Source of the DNA: Takakia lepidozioides
Lineage: Eukaryota; Plantae; Bryophyta
NCBI GenBank assembly: GCA_030704615.1
Contig: CM060733.1
Span: 55,676,001 to 55,740,000, forward strand
DNA: 64,000 bases
Direction: 5' to 3'
Numbering within the stretch: position 1 is the stretch's first letter; every line of letters starts with the position of its first letter. Positions 62,639-64,000 of the stretch are shown here, one piece after another. The position numbers and the translations under genes were made by a program. A model generated the notes under the pieces. The model did no database searches. It was not told the origin of the DNA and saw nothing but the letters and a program-made list of their open reading frames with translations.

Positions 62639-63530
62639 CAGTGTTGTGCGGGTCCGGGTTTTGAAGGCGGGTACCCGGCGGGTTAGGATCCGGGTTACCC
62701 GGACCCGCACCCAGACCCGTGCTATCACAAAAAACCCGGACCCTAACCCGGATTCATTTCTAAAATGAACCCGGACCCGTGTGCTGGGTCCAGAACCCGT
62801 TAAATCCGCTACCCGTGGGCCAATGTAGCGGGTCAGGATCCGGGTCTTAAGTTTAGATGGGGCATACGGGGTCCACCTTAGATCTGGTAGGTTTTGTCAT
62901 ATGTGTGGAGGGACTAGCAGCAATAGGCCGAGCAGCCAGCCCCCCCACGTTGTAGCCCAGTGGTAATGCCCACATACGACTTCAAAAGCGTTTGTGGGTT
63001 CAATCCCGAGTGGTGTCACAAATTTTGTGCCCTCTGGGACCATAATTTACACCTCCCAAAGGACGTCATATATTATTTTATGCCAGATCCCACACTCCAT
63101 GCTATATTGATCTACCCTTGAGGCATATCATTTCTTCTTAACATGTTTAAAGAATTGATATTGAAAAATAGAAAATGGAACTCGAACTTAATTTAATTCA
63201 TATTCATGGTATACATATTCATATTCATGGTATATTTTGAAGGAATGTCTCTTAAAATAAAATTCATTATTCGGATTTAAAGTTTTTCCAGCCAAAAAAA
63301 TAATTTATCCCTAATTAATCTTAATTTTCTAATTTATTTAATCAATATATTAGGACCCGGATCCGAACCCGTGAACCCGCTAATATTTCCCAACAACTAC
63401 CCGGACCCTTACCCGAGTCCGTGTTGACAAACCCGGACCCGAACCCGGACCCGGATTTTCCAAATTTCAAAAACCCGGATCCGGACCCGGACTTGGCTCC
63501 GAAAAAAAACCCGCACCCGGACCCGGCAAT
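62639..63530. mobile_element. Non-autonomous element with ACCCG/CGGGT subterminal repeats
   Basis: Dense ACCCGGACCCG clusters at 62648-62845 and 63354-63526 around an AT-rich core. Termini not resolved. Confidence 0.55.
62945..63018 (+). other. tRNA-derived segment with Pol III A and B boxes (not a functional tRNA)
   Basis: TAGCCCAGTGG at 62953 and GGTTCAATCCC at 62997; stems pair poorly. Confidence 0.55.
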
Positions 63531-64000
63531 GAGCTTGAACCAAGTTGATTCAATGGGTCATTCTAGTGTTGAACGCAGCTACGTGTCGTAGAGACGGAAA
63601 ATTGCGTTTCGCCTGCACATTATTATTTTTTTAATTCCATTTTCAAGCCATATGCTTAATGATAGCATATGCAATGTGCGTACAAAATTTGGGAGTAAAC
63701 AAAAGTCATTTGGACCCATAACCAGATTTTGTTCTCTCATTTGCACTCCAAAGTTGAGGTATCTTTAACTACATGCACTCTTCATAGAGAGTTCTACAAA
63801 AGTGACCCTAGAAACACACTTATTTTTTTTCCATTTTGTTTTTGTCCAATTTTTTGCTTGGATGTAGTGGTGCAAAGTCTGATGTCACAGCACAAAATAG
63901 AGCTAAAAATAAAATCATTGCGCCCCTCAAAATCGCAATCATATATTTTCTAAATGTAAATATTTATTTTAAATTCATTTAAATTCGATTTAATTCAAAA

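Noticed and set aside
62945-63018. Functional tRNA gene
   Set aside because: The acceptor and anticodon stems do not pair convincingly.

Overview
Eukaryotic, almost certainly land-plant, repeat-rich DNA (spliceosomal introns, TTTAGGG telo-boxes, plant-type LTR elements) with no ordinary host gene. The main feature is a ~15.2 kb Mutator-like (MULE) DNA transposon present twice: a left-truncated copy at 1-9230 and a copy with both ends at 34346-49558 that carries a 6.6 kb internal inversion. Besides a GCM-like/DDE/SWIM transposase, it encodes a divergently transcribed, intron-containing ParB-like + beta-class amino-DNA-methyltransferase-fold gene and a divergent pair of unknown paralogous ORFs. 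It also holds dozens of copies of the palindrome GGAAATGCGG-YR-CCGCATTTCC, as a 53-bp phased array, a second array and single intronic copies. This looks like a candidate transposon-encoded, sequence-targeted DNA-modification or anti-silencing system. Between and around these copies is a three-level nest of Ty3/gypsy elements: A (minus strand, with a dUTPase-like domain) is split by B (TSD AGGGG, three LTRs), and B is split by chromovirus C (TSD TGAGA). The window also has LINE remnants, foldback MITE-like repeats, a SET-domain ORF and a small element with a tRNA-like core. Many 1-bp indels may be assembly errors. All domain calls come from reading motifs by eye, not from database searches.
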